Shown one piece after another: positions 38,141 through 48,717 of a stretch of 64,000 nt of DNA. The position numbers and the translations under genes are program-made. Each line of letters opens with the position of its first letter. The first letter of the stretch is position 1. Location of the stretch: assembly GCA_965242965.1 (NCBI GenBank), contig OZ251518.1, positions 4,480,001 to 4,544,000 on the forward strand. Direction: 5' to 3'. The DNA is from Candidatus Poribacteria bacterium (GTDB taxonomy: Bacteria; Poribacteria; WGA-4E; WGA-3G). Below the pieces are notes generated by a model. It saw only the letters and a program-made list of their open reading frames with translations, was not told where the DNA came from and searched no databases.

Positions 38141-40621
38141 ATGCGATTTACCTATTTTTGGCCCGCATGGGCAGTAGCACTCGGCATTCTCATCGCTATT
38201 GGCGTGACAACGTTCGTGTATCTGCGCATCGCTCGGCCGCTGCAACCGCGGCACACATTCTTACTGATTACACTGCGGATATGCGCCGTGGCGATGCTGC
38301 TCGGCTGCCTATTAGCACCTGTCACCATCGAAAAACGGGACATCACACCCCCGACGCATCTCGCCGTGTTAGTGGATACCTCGCAGAGCATGCAGTTGAC
38401 AGATGCAGGAAACGTGTCACGACTCAATCAAGTCAAGGAACTGCTATTTGGGGACAGCGATGGAGAAAACGCGACCCCTTTCCTTCACTCCCTTACTGAC
38501 AAGTTTGAGGTGCATGTCTATCCCTTTGGCACGGAACTTCACCCGATGGTGAGTCTGGAAGAGCAGGCGCAACGGTTCAAAACGGCAGATGCGCTCACCG
38601 ATATCGGGAATGCCATCAAGCAAGCAGATGCGGCGTGGAAGGGACAACAGCGCGCCGGTATCGTGCTTATCACCGATGGCGCGCATAACGCCGGGGCACT
38701 CCCTATGGAAGCACTCGTTGCGCTGCAAATCCCTGTCTATGCTATCGGCGTGGGTGCCGTGGAGCCGCCAAAGGATATCCAGATTCAGCTGATTGACACC
38801 ACCCCTGTCGCTTACACAGGACATGAACATCTTATCCGCGCCACCATTGCGCAAACCGGGTATACCGGCCAAACGACGCGGCTCGCGCTGCGAGAGGTGA
38901 AAAGTCAGCGGCTCGTCTCTTCAGCAACGCTGACGTTTGTAGAAGGTTCGCAACAGGTTGAATTCAGACTGACACCGGCGACAGTGGGAAATTTTCAGTA
39001 TACCCTCACATTGCCGACGCTTGAGGGCGAACTGACAGCGGAAAACAACGAAAAAACCTTCGCGCTCAAGGTAGTCAAGGCGAAGCTGAACGTCTTCTAT
39101 TTAGAGGGAAGACCGCGGTGGGAGTATACGTTCCTGAAACGCGCTTTGGAACGCGACCCGGATATTGAACTGACATCGGCACTTTTATCCAAGCGACCGG
39201 ATGCGGAATCGGTGCTAAATCGTTCTGGGGGGTATTATCCGGTGGTTTCTGGTGAGTCCGGGGCATGGCGAGGGACAGGCCCTCGCCCTACGGTGAAGGA
39301 GGCGGCAGCCGGGGCTCGGCGAGGGACAGGCCCTCGCCCTACGATGGGGGAGATAGAGGCTCGGCGAGGGACAGGCCCTCGCCCTACGGTGGATGAGGCG
39401 GCAGCCGGGGCTACGGCGGCGGTTATCCAGCGATTTCCTGAAACGCGCGAAGAACTCTCCAAATACGATGTGCTGATTTTCGGTGAACTAACGGCGGAAC
39501 ATCTGACCGCGGTGCAACAACGGCTCATCGTTGAGTTCGTGGAGACAGAGGGACGCGCGGTTATCTTTCTCCCGTCGCGGAACGCGCTTAGCAGGCATGG
39601 ACTCGGCACCACCGAACTCGCGCGGCTTTTGCCTGTCTCAATTCCTGTTACGGGCTGTGAGATGTCTGAAGCAGAGTTTAACGTGCAATTGACGCAAACC
39701 GGGACGTTTCATCCGATGCTGCAACTTTCTAGTGCAAACAAACTTGCGCTGAATCGGAACGCCGCGTTATGGCGCAATCTGCCTGCACTCTCGCGGCTTT
39801 TTCGCGGTTTTCAACTGAGAGGCGGCGCGTCTGTGCTTCTGGATAGCGGAAAAGGCGAACCGGTAATGATTTTTCAAAGGACAGGCTTGGGCAAAAGTCT
39901 CCTCTTCACAGCGGAGGGTTTATGGAATTGGGGTTTCGGCGTTTCAAACTTCAAGGATGCGCGGTATCTTACCCTCTATCCGCAGTTTTGGGCACAGGCA
40001 CTCCGATGGATGGGCACCACACACTCCGACGAAAATCGGCTATACCTCACGACAGATACATCGACTTACGCGACAGGCGACGCTGTCCAAGTAACTGCGC
40101 AGGTGTATTCTGAAACGTATCAGCCGCAAGCCGATGCAACGGTTCAGATTGAGGTGACACCGCCGGTGGGAGAACCGTTCCAGCTTCGGATGCGGACGGT
40201 TTATGGGGATATCAACGAACGCGAACGGGATACAGGAGAAAACGCTGAAGAGGGACGAGCAGGGGAAGAGAACCGATACACGGCGCAATTTGAGGTGTGG
40301 GAGAAAGGGAACTATCGCATCCGCGCCACGAGCGGGACTGGCAGCACAGATAGAACCGAAATCTACGTTCAACCGCAACTCGCCGAATTGGAGGCACCGC
40401 AGTTAAATGAGGCGTTACTCAAGCGGCTCGCATCGCGAACCGGGGGTGCCTATTTCGCCATCGCCGATGCAGCACAAGTGCCTGAAAACATCGCGATTAT
40501 CCAAGACCCGGTTTTTGTCGACACCGAACGCGATATCTGGGCGCATCCACTCGTCCTCATTCTCGTCGTTGGATTGCTCGGCACAGAGTGGTTATTACGC
40601 AAACGGAACGGACTGACATAA
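38141..40621 (+). CDS. Membrane protein with vWA and glutamine-amidotransferase-like domains; in-frame REP insertion
   Basis: VLVDTSQSM, LITDG, EGRPRWEYTFLKRAL, terminal EWLLRKRNG. Confidence 0.82.
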   Translation: MRFTYFWPAWAVALGILIAIGVTTFVYLRIARPLQPRHTFLLITLRICAVAMLLGCLLAPVTIEKRDITPPTHLAVLVDTSQSMQLTDAGNVSRLNQVKELLFGDSDGENATPFLHSLTDKFEVHVYPFGTELHPMVSLEEQAQRFKTADALTDIGNAIKQADAAWKGQQRAGIVLITDGAHNAGALPMEALVALQIPVYAIGVGAVEPPKDIQIQLIDTTPVAYTGHEHLIRATIAQTGYTGQTTRLALREVKSQRLVSSATLTFVEGSQQVEFRLTPATVGNFQYTLTLPTLEGELTAENNEKTFALKVVKAKLNVFYLEGRPRWEYTFLKRALERDPDIELTSALLSKRPDAESVLNRSGGYYPVVSGESGAWRGTGPRPTVKEAAAGARRGTGPRPTMGEIEARRGTGPRPTVDEAAAGATAAVIQRFPETREELSKYDVLIFGELTAEHLTAVQQRLIVEFVETEGRAVIFLPSRNALSRHGLGTTELARLLPVSIPVTGCEMSEAEFNVQLTQTGTFHPMLQLSSANKLALNRNAALWRNLPALSRLFRGFQLRGGASVLLDSGKGEPVMIFQRTGLGKSLLFTAEGLWNWGFGVSNFKDARYLTLYPQFWAQALRWMGTTHSDENRLYLTTDTSTYATGDAVQVTAQVYSETYQPQADATVQIEVTPPVGEPFQLRMRTVYGDINERERDTGENAEEGRAGEENRYTAQFEVWEKGNYRIRATSGTGSTDRTEIYVQPQLAELEAPQLNEALLKRLASRTGGAYFAIADAAQVPENIAIIQDPVFVDTERDIWAHPLVLILVVGLLGTEWLLRKRNGLT

Positions 40622-41287
40622 ATGCACAAATTCGTTTATTCTATCATGATTTGCGCGGCGGTTCTGCTCTTGCAGAGTAGTTTATCCAGTGACGAACGGT
40701 TCACTATCGCGCAAGTTCAATATAGCGGCGGCGGAGATTGGTATGGCGATGCCACCGTCATCGGCAATTGGTTGCGGCTTCTTCGCGCGCGCACCGACAT
40801 TGAAACCGCTGAAGAACGGGTGATTCTGAAACTTACCCACCATGGGCTTTACGAATACCCGATGCTCTATCTCGTGGGACACGGGACTATCCGGCTGACC
40901 GAAAGCGAGGTGGAGGCACTTCGGCACTATCTGACGCACGGCGGTTTCCTCTTCGTCAACGATGACTACGGGTTGGACGAAAGTTTTCGGCGTGAAATGC
41001 GGCGCGTGTTCCCACAGCAGGAACTGGCCCCCATCCCGAACGCGCATCCGATTTACCACTGCTTCTACGATTTGCCGGGGCTCCCGAAAATTCATGAGCA
41101 TGATGGAGAACCAGCACAAGGGTTCGGGCTCTTCCACAATGGGCGCATGGTAGTTTACTACGTTTACAGTTCGGATATCGGCGATGGGCTTGAGGATGCA
41201 GATGTGCATCCAGAGGATACGCCGGAAGTGCGCGAACTCGCCGCGAAAATGGCGGTGAACATCGCTGTCTATGTGTTGACACATTAG
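40622..41287 (+). CDS. DUF4159 domain protein
   Basis: YSGGGDWY, LRHYLTHGGFLFVNDDYG, HPIYHCFY, DIGDG. Confidence 0.85.
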   Translation: MHKFVYSIMICAAVLLLQSSLSSDERFTIAQVQYSGGGDWYGDATVIGNWLRLLRARTDIETAEERVILKLTHHGLYEYPMLYLVGHGTIRLTESEVEALRHYLTHGGFLFVNDDYGLDESFRREMRRVFPQQELAPIPNAHPIYHCFYDLPGLPKIHEHDGEPAQGFGLFHNGRMVVYYVYSSDIGDGLEDADVHPEDTPEVRELAAKMAVNIAVYVLTH

Positions 41288-41295
41288 GAGTCAAA

Positions 41296-44200
41296 ATGCA
41301 ACGTCAAAATGTGAATGAAGCATACCAAAAAATTATCGGCGCGCTCCGTACCGTAAGATGGACGTGGCGATGGCTTACCTTTTCTGAAGGCGTGCTGATG
41401 TGCATCGGCATCCTCGCATGCACGATGACAGGCGCGCTCGTCTGTTTTGCGTTACCCTTGCCACGCTGGTTACGCATCGCGATTATCCTCTTGGGTATCG
41501 GTATCGGCATCTGGACACTCGTCTGGTTCCTTCTCCGGCCGCTACGCCGCAAACTGACAGATGCTACGGTAGCAGCACACCTTGAGAAGACTGAGCCTGC
41601 ATTCCAGAGCCGCATTCTCAGCGCGGTGCAACTCAAGGGGACGTTAGCGGAAAACCAATTCGGATACGCGCCGGAGTTTGTCGAACAACTGATTTTTGAG
41701 ACGGCGCGCGAAGTAGAACGAATTCAACCCAAGCAGGTTTTCGCCAGCGAACATCGGCACATCAAACAGAATGCCGGCGTTGCCGGACTCGCAATGGGAA
41801 TCCTGCTCCTCACCCACTTTCTCTGGCTGCCTACGGCTTTCAAAGGGTTCGCGCAAACCTTCCAGGCTATCCCGAAAACGCCACAAGAAGTGTTGAACGT
41901 TCAGATTTCGGATGTGCATCCCGGCAATATCAACGTTGAGCCTGGCACAGATGTTACCATCACGGCGAATGTCAGTGGGCATCTTGGTGCGCCGGTCGCG
42001 CTCTATTATCGGATTGGGAGTCAATATCAAGAGCGGGAGGGTTCGTCTACGGTATTGCATCGAGACCGGGAGGGCTCGCCTACCGGGGGGAGTCGAGACC
42101 GGGAGGTGATGCATCGAGACCGGGAGGTCTCGCCTACTGAGACAAATCGAGACGGGACGGAATGGCATTCGCTGGAGATGCACCGCAGCTTGACCGAAAT
42201 TCTCTATAGCGCGACGATTGAAAATGTCGATAGAGCACTTCAATACTATATCACGTCGAAAGAGGTTGCGTCCGAAAAGTATCAGATCAGGGTGAACCGC
42301 GAGCCGGGCGTGAAGCAGTTCCAGATGCAGCTCAACTCTCCTGCTTATACGCAACTTCCGCCGCAAACGTTAGAGGCGAACGTCGGCGATATTTACGCGC
42401 TCTTCGGGACAGAAGTTGTTTTCACGGGGGACAGCAATAAACCGCTCGCCTCAGCATATTTGGATTTTGAGGAATCCGAAGATGTTTCGTTGGAAATTAC
42501 GGAATCTGGTGAGACAGGGGCCCGGCGAGGGACAGGCAATGGCACGGCTACGCGCATTGATGGCACTTTCATTGCGCGAAAGAGTGAAAATTACAGCATC
42601 CGTTTGATAGACGCGGAAAACGGGCTCACGAACCGCAACCCGATTCGTTATACCGTCAATGTTATCAAGGATGCCGCACCGGCCGTTGACATCATTGAAC
42701 CCGCCCGCGACAGCGTGCTAGACGATGCCATGTTCGTGGAACTCAAGGTAGAAGCGACAGACGACTACGGCATTCAAGCACTCCAACTCGTCTATCGGGT
42801 TGAGAGAGAGGACGCTGCAGAGGTGAACGTTCCGCTAAAGCAGTGGAAACCGCTGGCGGTGCAGCAATCCGTGTTTGTTACGTATACGTGGGATGTAGAC
42901 GCGGTTGGCATGTTTCCCGGTGAAACGCTTGCCTATTATGTGCAGGCACTTGATACCGATAATATATCGGGACCGAATGTTGGCAAATCGTTGACGTATA
43001 CGCTCCGCTTCCCGTCGCTCTCCGAAATGTATGACGAAATCTCCGCTGAACAGCAGACGGAGCAGCACGGCATTGAGGAACTCTTTGACGAACAGGCGGA
43101 AGCCGCCGGGTTGGTAGACACGCTCCTTGATAAAATCCGAAAGAGTCAGCGGCTCACGCTCAAGGACGAAAACCTGATGCAACAGGTGCTTGAGACGCAG
43201 GAGCAGATCGAAGAAGCCGCGATGTCGCTCGTTGAAGATATGAAGAAGACAGCGGCGGATATGGAGAAAAACCAACTCTTTGACACGGAAACACTCCAGA
43301 AATATCAGGAATTGCAGGAATTGATGGAGCAGGCACTCTCGGAAGAGCATAAGGAACTTTTGCGGAAGTTATCGGAAGCGTTGGCTACGCAAGAATTGAC
43401 GGAGCAAGAAAAGGCACTGATGGAGGCGAATCTGAATCAGGAGCAGTTCCTGCAACAGTTGGAACGCGCCAAATCGCTTTATGAACAGCTCCTCCTGCAA
43501 CAGGAGCTTGAAGCTGCCGTGAAGCAGGCGGCGGCTCTCGCTGAACAACAGAAGGAACTGATGGATACACTGACGGCGATTGAAGAAGGGGCAAACGCGC
43601 CACAAGAGGGACAACCTACGGATACGCCGCAATCCCTGGCGCAAAAAGAAGACCGGGTGGGTTCGGAGGTTTCTCAACTTCAGGAAAAATTAGATAGCCT
43701 CGGTGAGGAGATGGGCAAGTTGGCGGAGAAACAGGAGAGTGATGCAATGGGTACCCCGCCGCAAATCGGGCGGCTCGCCGACGAAATCGAGCGGCTTAAT
43801 CAGTTCGCGCGAGAGCATCAACTCACCGAAACACTCCAAGACACGAGCGCGAATTTGCGCAGCGGACAAAACCAGCAGGCTCTTCAATCGGGACGAGAGG
43901 CAGAACAAACGTTGACAGAGCTCGCGCAAGGTCTGGATAATGCCTTAGAATTCATGGAAGGTGCGAATGCCGATGCCGCGCAAGCGGCGATGCGCCAAGC
44001 TGTCACCAGCGCGCTGCATCTCTCGCATCTCCACGAGAAAGTCCTTGAGGAGACGCAGGCGTTGTCGTCAGCCACTACCACAGAAAATCCCGTTGATGGC
44101 GAAATTAAGCAGATGCAGCAACTCGCCGCGGAGGAATTGAGTGCATCGGAGGGACTTGAGCGACTTGCGACGCAGCTGTGGGAGTTAGGCACGCGGCAGA

Positions 44201-44955
44201 TGGAAGTAGAACCGGAGATTGTATGGCGGCTCAACGCTTCAAACGACGCGCTGTCTCGTGCGGCGCGCGCGTTAGAGGATAGGCAGCCGGGGCTCGCCGT
44301 GCCTATCCAACGCGCTGCACTCGCTGATATGAACACGGCGATTTTCCAGTTGCTTAATGCCATGGCACAGATGAACCAACAGATGGGTGCAAGCGGTTTG
44401 GAAAACATGATGGAGCAGTTGCAGCAACTCGCGCAAGGCCAAGAACAACTGAACCAGATGGCGCAGAATCTGAACCAGCAGATGCGGCAACAGGGGCAAA
44501 CGCCGGGGCTTCAGGAGATGCTCAGGCAGCTCGCCGGGCAGCAGCAACTCATCCGTGAGGCAACCGAACGCCTCGCAGAGATGGCAGAACAGATGGCGGA
44601 AATGCTCGGCAGCCTCAAGGATGTCGCCGAAGATATGACAGAAGTTGAGAAATCCCTTCAACAGGGTGAAATCAACCGACAGGTTCTTGATAGACAGGAG
44701 CAAATTCTGACGCGGATGCTGGATAGCCTTAAATCGTTGCAGAAGCGCGATGTCGGCAAACAGCGGAAAGCACAGGTGGCGAAGAATCCGTCGACACCTG
44801 CACAGGAGGTGCCGCCGTTGCATCCTGACTTGCTCGAAATCGTGCGGAAGTTAGAGACTGCACCGAACGCAACCGAGGTAGAAAATATCCCGTTTCAATA
44901 TCGGGAACAACTTCGGCAGTATTTCAAGCGGCTTTCACAGCGTTCAGACAACTAG
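41296..44955 (+). CDS. DUF4175-like membrane-anchored coiled-coil protein; in-frame REP insertions
   Basis: N-terminal TMs, ATDDYG, Q/E-rich coiled coil, C-terminal IPFQYREQLRQYFKRL. Confidence 0.8.
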   Translation: MQRQNVNEAYQKIIGALRTVRWTWRWLTFSEGVLMCIGILACTMTGALVCFALPLPRWLRIAIILLGIGIGIWTLVWFLLRPLRRKLTDATVAAHLEKTEPAFQSRILSAVQLKGTLAENQFGYAPEFVEQLIFETAREVERIQPKQVFASEHRHIKQNAGVAGLAMGILLLTHFLWLPTAFKGFAQTFQAIPKTPQEVLNVQISDVHPGNINVEPGTDVTITANVSGHLGAPVALYYRIGSQYQEREGSSTVLHRDREGSPTGGSRDREVMHRDREVSPTETNRDGTEWHSLEMHRSLTEILYSATIENVDRALQYYITSKEVASEKYQIRVNREPGVKQFQMQLNSPAYTQLPPQTLEANVGDIYALFGTEVVFTGDSNKPLASAYLDFEESEDVSLEITESGETGARRGTGNGTATRIDGTFIARKSENYSIRLIDAENGLTNRNPIRYTVNVIKDAAPAVDIIEPARDSVLDDAMFVELKVEATDDYGIQALQLVYRVEREDAAEVNVPLKQWKPLAVQQSVFVTYTWDVDAVGMFPGETLAYYVQALDTDNISGPNVGKSLTYTLRFPSLSEMYDEISAEQQTEQHGIEELFDEQAEAAGLVDTLLDKIRKSQRLTLKDENLMQQVLETQEQIEEAAMSLVEDMKKTAADMEKNQLFDTETLQKYQELQELMEQALSEEHKELLRKLSEALATQELTEQEKALMEANLNQEQFLQQLERAKSLYEQLLLQQELEAAVKQAAALAEQQKELMDTLTAIEEGANAPQEGQPTDTPQSLAQKEDRVGSEVSQLQEKLDSLGEEMGKLAEKQESDAMGTPPQIGRLADEIERLNQFAREHQLTETLQDTSANLRSGQNQQALQSGREAEQTLTELAQGLDNALEFMEGANADAAQAAMRQAVTSALHLSHLHEKVLEETQALSSATTTENPVDGEIKQMQQLAAEELSASEGLERLATQLWELGTRQMEVEPEIVWRLNASNDALSRAARALEDRQPGLAVPIQRAALADMNTAIFQLLNAMAQMNQQMGASGLENMMEQLQQLAQGQEQLNQMAQNLNQQMRQQGQTPGLQEMLRQLAGQQQLIREATERLAEMAEQMAEMLGSLKDVAEDMTEVEKSLQQGEINRQVLDRQEQILTRMLDSLKSLQKRDVGKQRKAQVAKNPSTPAQEVPPLHPDLLEIVRKLETAPNATEVENIPFQYREQLRQYFKRLSQRSDN

Positions 44956-44957
44956 AG

Positions 44958-45480
44958 GCTTGGCGAGGGACAGGCCCTCGCCCTACGGTAAGAGAAGCCG
45001 TTCCGGCTACCGTAGCGCGGGGGCCTGTCCCCCGCGATCGTTTCAGGCCCCGGCGCGCGGGGGCCCTCGCAGGTTTCCACACGCGCGTCCGAGCGGGTTT
45101 CCCTTGCCATGCAACTGATGAGAGATGTCCGCTTAAGGTCCGTAGGACCTTAATGTCTATAGTCCTTCGCGATGCGAAGACTCTTAAGGTCTGTAGGACC
45201 TTAATGTGCAGCCGCACCGCGTGGCTCGCATGTTATTAAGGACCTAACGGACCTTGACAAGGGGCCGACACGTATTTCTATAGACATGCAGGACCTAAAG
45301 GACCTGAAGAGACGTTCTTTTCAAAAGAGATTTCGCCGCCGCGAGGGAGAGAATCCTGCAAATCCTATAATCTTGTAAATCCTGATTCAGACACCTAGAG
45401 GCATCGCGGGGGACAGGCCCCCGCGCTACGGGAACGGGACGGTTTATTCATGTTCGCGGGGGACAGGCCCCCGCGCTACG
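44958..45480. repeat. REP cluster containing the ~175-bp AGGTCC element (45133-45307) and an AATCCTG array
   Basis: ttaaggtccgtaggaccttaatgtctatag..ctatagacatgcaggacctaaaggacct. Confidence 0.85.
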
Positions 45481-45496
45481 GTATCATGATATTTTC

Positions 45497-45525
45497 TTGC
45501 CATTTGCGACACATTATGGTATCAT
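45497..45525 (+). promoter_or_regulatory. Promoter of the PIN gene (probably leaderless mRNA)
   Basis: TTGCCA-17 bp-TGgTATCAT, with ATG 6 nt downstream. Confidence 0.6.
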
Positions 45526-45531
45526 GATGAC

Positions 45532-46263
45532 ATGTTAAGTTATGCACAGACTCCGTGGGTCTATCTCGATCCGACGGTTATCAGTTATTACGTGGCGGAT
45601 TCAAGCAAGAATCCACAACTCGCTTTGTGGCAATTGGAGAGCCGCCGTTTTTGGAACGATTTCCAGCATCGATTCACGTTTGTAGTTTCCGAGACGGTTA
45701 TTGGTGAAATCAGCGCAGGTGATGCGATGCAAGCGAGGAAGCGGCTCGCTGCAGTCGCACATCTCCCCATATTGCCGACGACATTAGCGGCTGATGCGCT
45801 CGCGCAGCAACTGCTCACCGCGCGTGCGGTGCCAGCAAAATCGGAACCGGATGCTCAACACATTGCCATCGCCACGGCGCATGGCGTTGATTACCTCGTT
45901 TCGTGGAATCACAAGCATCTCGTGAATGAAAACCAACTCAGGCAAATTCATCGCGTATGCGAGGGTGCCGGGTTTCAGCCCATCACCATCTGCACGCCGA
46001 CAACCTTAATGGAGGGACATGTCATGAAAGAAAAATTCGTTGGGAAGTGTTATCTCCCCGGTTTCGATCCGGCGACTTACACGGATCCGGTGCTCGAAGA
46101 ATGTTACCGAATGAAGCAGGAGTTCAACGCGCAGTTCAAGAACCTTGAGGAACTCCAAGCGTATTTAATCGCGCGAGAAATAGAAAATCGGGAGAAGGGA
46201 TATAAATATGTCCCGATTCCGCCGCATTTGGAGCGGTATCCTCATCAGGAGGACGTAGACTAA
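45532..46263 (+). CDS. PIN-domain (VapC-like) protein with a C-terminal extension
   Basis: VYLDPTVISY, SETVIGEI, DAQHIAIA..DYLVSWN.KHL, ICTP. Confidence 0.85.
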   Translation: MLSYAQTPWVYLDPTVISYYVADSSKNPQLALWQLESRRFWNDFQHRFTFVVSETVIGEISAGDAMQARKRLAAVAHLPILPTTLAADALAQQLLTARAVPAKSEPDAQHIAIATAHGVDYLVSWNHKHLVNENQLRQIHRVCEGAGFQPITICTPTTLMEGHVMKEKFVGKCYLPGFDPATYTDPVLEECYRMKQEFNAQFKNLEELQAYLIAREIENREKGYKYVPIPPHLERYPHQEDVD

Positions 46264-46270
46264 CCGTGAG

Positions 46271-46730
46271 AGATCGCGGGGGACAGGCCCCCGCGCTACG
46301 GTGAAAAAAAACGCCGCCCCTTTACGTAGGGCGAGGGCCTGTCCCTCGCCATGCCTAGATCTACCGAACGCTCGCGGGGGACAGGCCCCCGCGCTACGGT
46401 AACCGGACATCTTCTTGACAGAACGGCCCCCTTCCTCGTAGGGCGAGGGCCTGTCCCTCGCCGTGCTGCGATCTATCAAACAACTCTTTTAGGTCCGTAG
46501 GACCTGAATGTCTATAGAAAAACGTGCCGCACCCTAGCAAGGTCCGTAGGACCTTAATAGTGCATCGAGACCAGGAGGTCTCTCCTACGGGACGATCGCG
46601 GGGGACAGGCCCCCGCGCTACAGTAACCGGACATTTTCTTCACAAAACGGTCCCCTTCACCGTAGGGCGAGGGCCTGTCCCTCGCCATGCCGCGGTCCAC
46701 CGAAAACTCGCGGGGGACAGGCCCCCGCGA
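46271..46730. repeat. REP cluster with a partial AGGTCC element
   Basis: A/B/C REPs; aggtccgtaggacct x2 at 46488-46557. Confidence 0.88.
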
Positions 46731-46796
46731 GGCGTTACCGTGATATTTTCTTTACATTCGCCGAAACTTATAGTATAATAATTACCAGAAAACTTG

Positions 46797-46862
46797 GAAG
46801 CAGATGCCCAACACATTGCCATTGCCATGGTGCATGGCGTTGATTACCTTGTTTCCCTGAAT
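46797..46862 (+). pseudogene. Remnant of a second PIN gene
   Basis: EADAQHIAIAMVHGVDYLVS, paralogous to 45844-45905. Confidence 0.75.
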
Positions 46863-46882
46863 GCCAATAGAGGAGATAAAAC

Positions 46883-48547
46883 ATGCGTATCCATTACGCG
46901 CTATCTATCATCGCGCTCTTCATCTTTTGCATCACAATTTGCGCGCCCGCGTTTGCGCTCACCGATGCCGAAATTGAGGCGACGCTACATCGGATGTCCG
47001 TAGACGAAAAAGTCGGACAACTCCTCCTCGTCGGTATTGGCGGCAAACGGGTGAGCCAAGTCGCGAAGGCGCATATTACCAAACGCTTTGCCGGCGGCAT
47101 TATCCTCTTTGGACGGAACATAACGGATGCACAGCAGGTGGCGAGTTTAACGACTGAACTCCAACAGGTAGCACAACAAACGCCGAATGCAATCCCGCTG
47201 TTCATCGCGATGGACCAGGAGGGTGGGATTGTCGCGCGCTTGAAAAAGGGGGTGAGCGTCTTCCCCGGCAACCTCGCTTTAGGCGCGACGCGCTCAGAAC
47301 ACCTCGCCGAAAAAGCAGGGGAAATCACGGCACTGGAGTTATCCGCTGTCGGCGTGAATATCAACTTCGCGCCGGTGATGGACATTAACACTAACCCGCG
47401 CAATCCTGTCATCGGCGTGCGTGCCTACGGGGAGTCAGCGGAACTTGTCTCGCAATTGGGCACCGCTTATATCCGCGGTTTACAAGGGAACGGGATTCTT
47501 GCCACCGCTAAACACTTTCCGGGACACGGCGATACGCACGTCGATTCGCACAAAAAACTGCCCACCGTCGGACACGACAAGAAACGGATGGACGCGGTTG
47601 AACTTGCACCGTTTCGGGAGGCAATTAAGGCGAAGGTCGCGGCGATAATGTCGGCGCATATTCTCTATCCCGCGCTCGATGCAGATACACCGGCGACGCT
47701 GTCACATCGCATTTTGACGGGACTGCTCCGCGAACAACTCGGATTTGCAGGACTTATCATTACCGATGACCTGGAGATGCAAGCCATCGATGCGCATTAC
47801 CAGACTGGCAACGCCGCTGTCATGGCAATCCGAGCCGGTGCAGACTTGGTGATGGTGCCGTGGACGCTGAAAAAACAGCAGCAGGCATATAACGCGCTCC
47901 GGAACGCGGTGAAACGCGGAAACATTTCACACACTCGTCTCGATGCATCGGTGCGGCGGATTTTGAAGGCGAAAGGGGATTTCGGGATGTTCGCGCGAAA
48001 ACAGGGCAGTTCGGTGCTTGATTCGGTGCTTGATGGGGTTGGCAGTCCACAGCATCGAGAGATTGCGCAAACCATCGCGACGCGGGCGATAACTGTCGTC
48101 AAAGACAGCGATGGCATACTGCCATTAAGTAGCGCAACTCGCAAACCGATTACGCTCATCACTGCCTCGCGCATTTTTGCGAATGCATTCCTGAAATCGC
48201 ATACCGATACGGCGCATATTACGCATGTCAAAATTCCAAAACAACTTGACGTTGCAAAACTGCTGCCGCAATTGACGCGACAGCAAGCCGCTGTCGTTGT
48301 TGCCGGGATTACCAACGCGCGGCAGGCAGCACTGATTCATCAACTTTCACAAAACAGTTCAACCCCTATCGTCGTGGTTTCGCTTGCATCGCCGTATCTG
48401 TTGGGACGCTGTCCTGACGTTGCCGCCGCAATCGCCGCCTACGATGGGAACTACTCTTCCTCGCTCGCCGCCGTGGAAGTCATACTCGGAAAACAGCAAG
48501 CGACAGGGAAGTTGCCGGTTACGATTCCGCCTCGCGTGCCAGAATAG
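46883..48547 (+). CDS. nagZ: Beta-N-acetylhexosaminidase, GH3
   Basis: DQEGG, FAPVMD, KHFPGHGDTHVDSH, ITDDLEM; signal peptide. Confidence 0.88.
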   Translation: MRIHYALSIIALFIFCITICAPAFALTDAEIEATLHRMSVDEKVGQLLLVGIGGKRVSQVAKAHITKRFAGGIILFGRNITDAQQVASLTTELQQVAQQTPNAIPLFIAMDQEGGIVARLKKGVSVFPGNLALGATRSEHLAEKAGEITALELSAVGVNINFAPVMDINTNPRNPVIGVRAYGESAELVSQLGTAYIRGLQGNGILATAKHFPGHGDTHVDSHKKLPTVGHDKKRMDAVELAPFREAIKAKVAAIMSAHILYPALDADTPATLSHRILTGLLREQLGFAGLIITDDLEMQAIDAHYQTGNAAVMAIRAGADLVMVPWTLKKQQQAYNALRNAVKRGNISHTRLDASVRRILKAKGDFGMFARKQGSSVLDSVLDGVGSPQHREIAQTIATRAITVVKDSDGILPLSSATRKPITLITASRIFANAFLKSHTDTAHITHVKIPKQLDVAKLLPQLTRQQAAVVVAGITNARQAALIHQLSQNSSTPIVVVSLASPYLLGRCPDVAAAIAAYDGNYSSSLAAVEVILGKQQATGKLPVTIPPRVPE

Positions 48548-48717
48548 GCGCGGTTTCAAACCGCGCTTCTCAGTAGGAGAGACCTCCTGGTCTCGATGCA
48601 ATACCTCCTGGTCTCGATGCAATACCGGGCCCTCCTACGACATCGTTTGTCAGATTAGAAGGCGAAGGAAACTTGTCTCCCACCGAACCGCAACCGAAGA
48701 AAAGAAGGGAACTAAAA

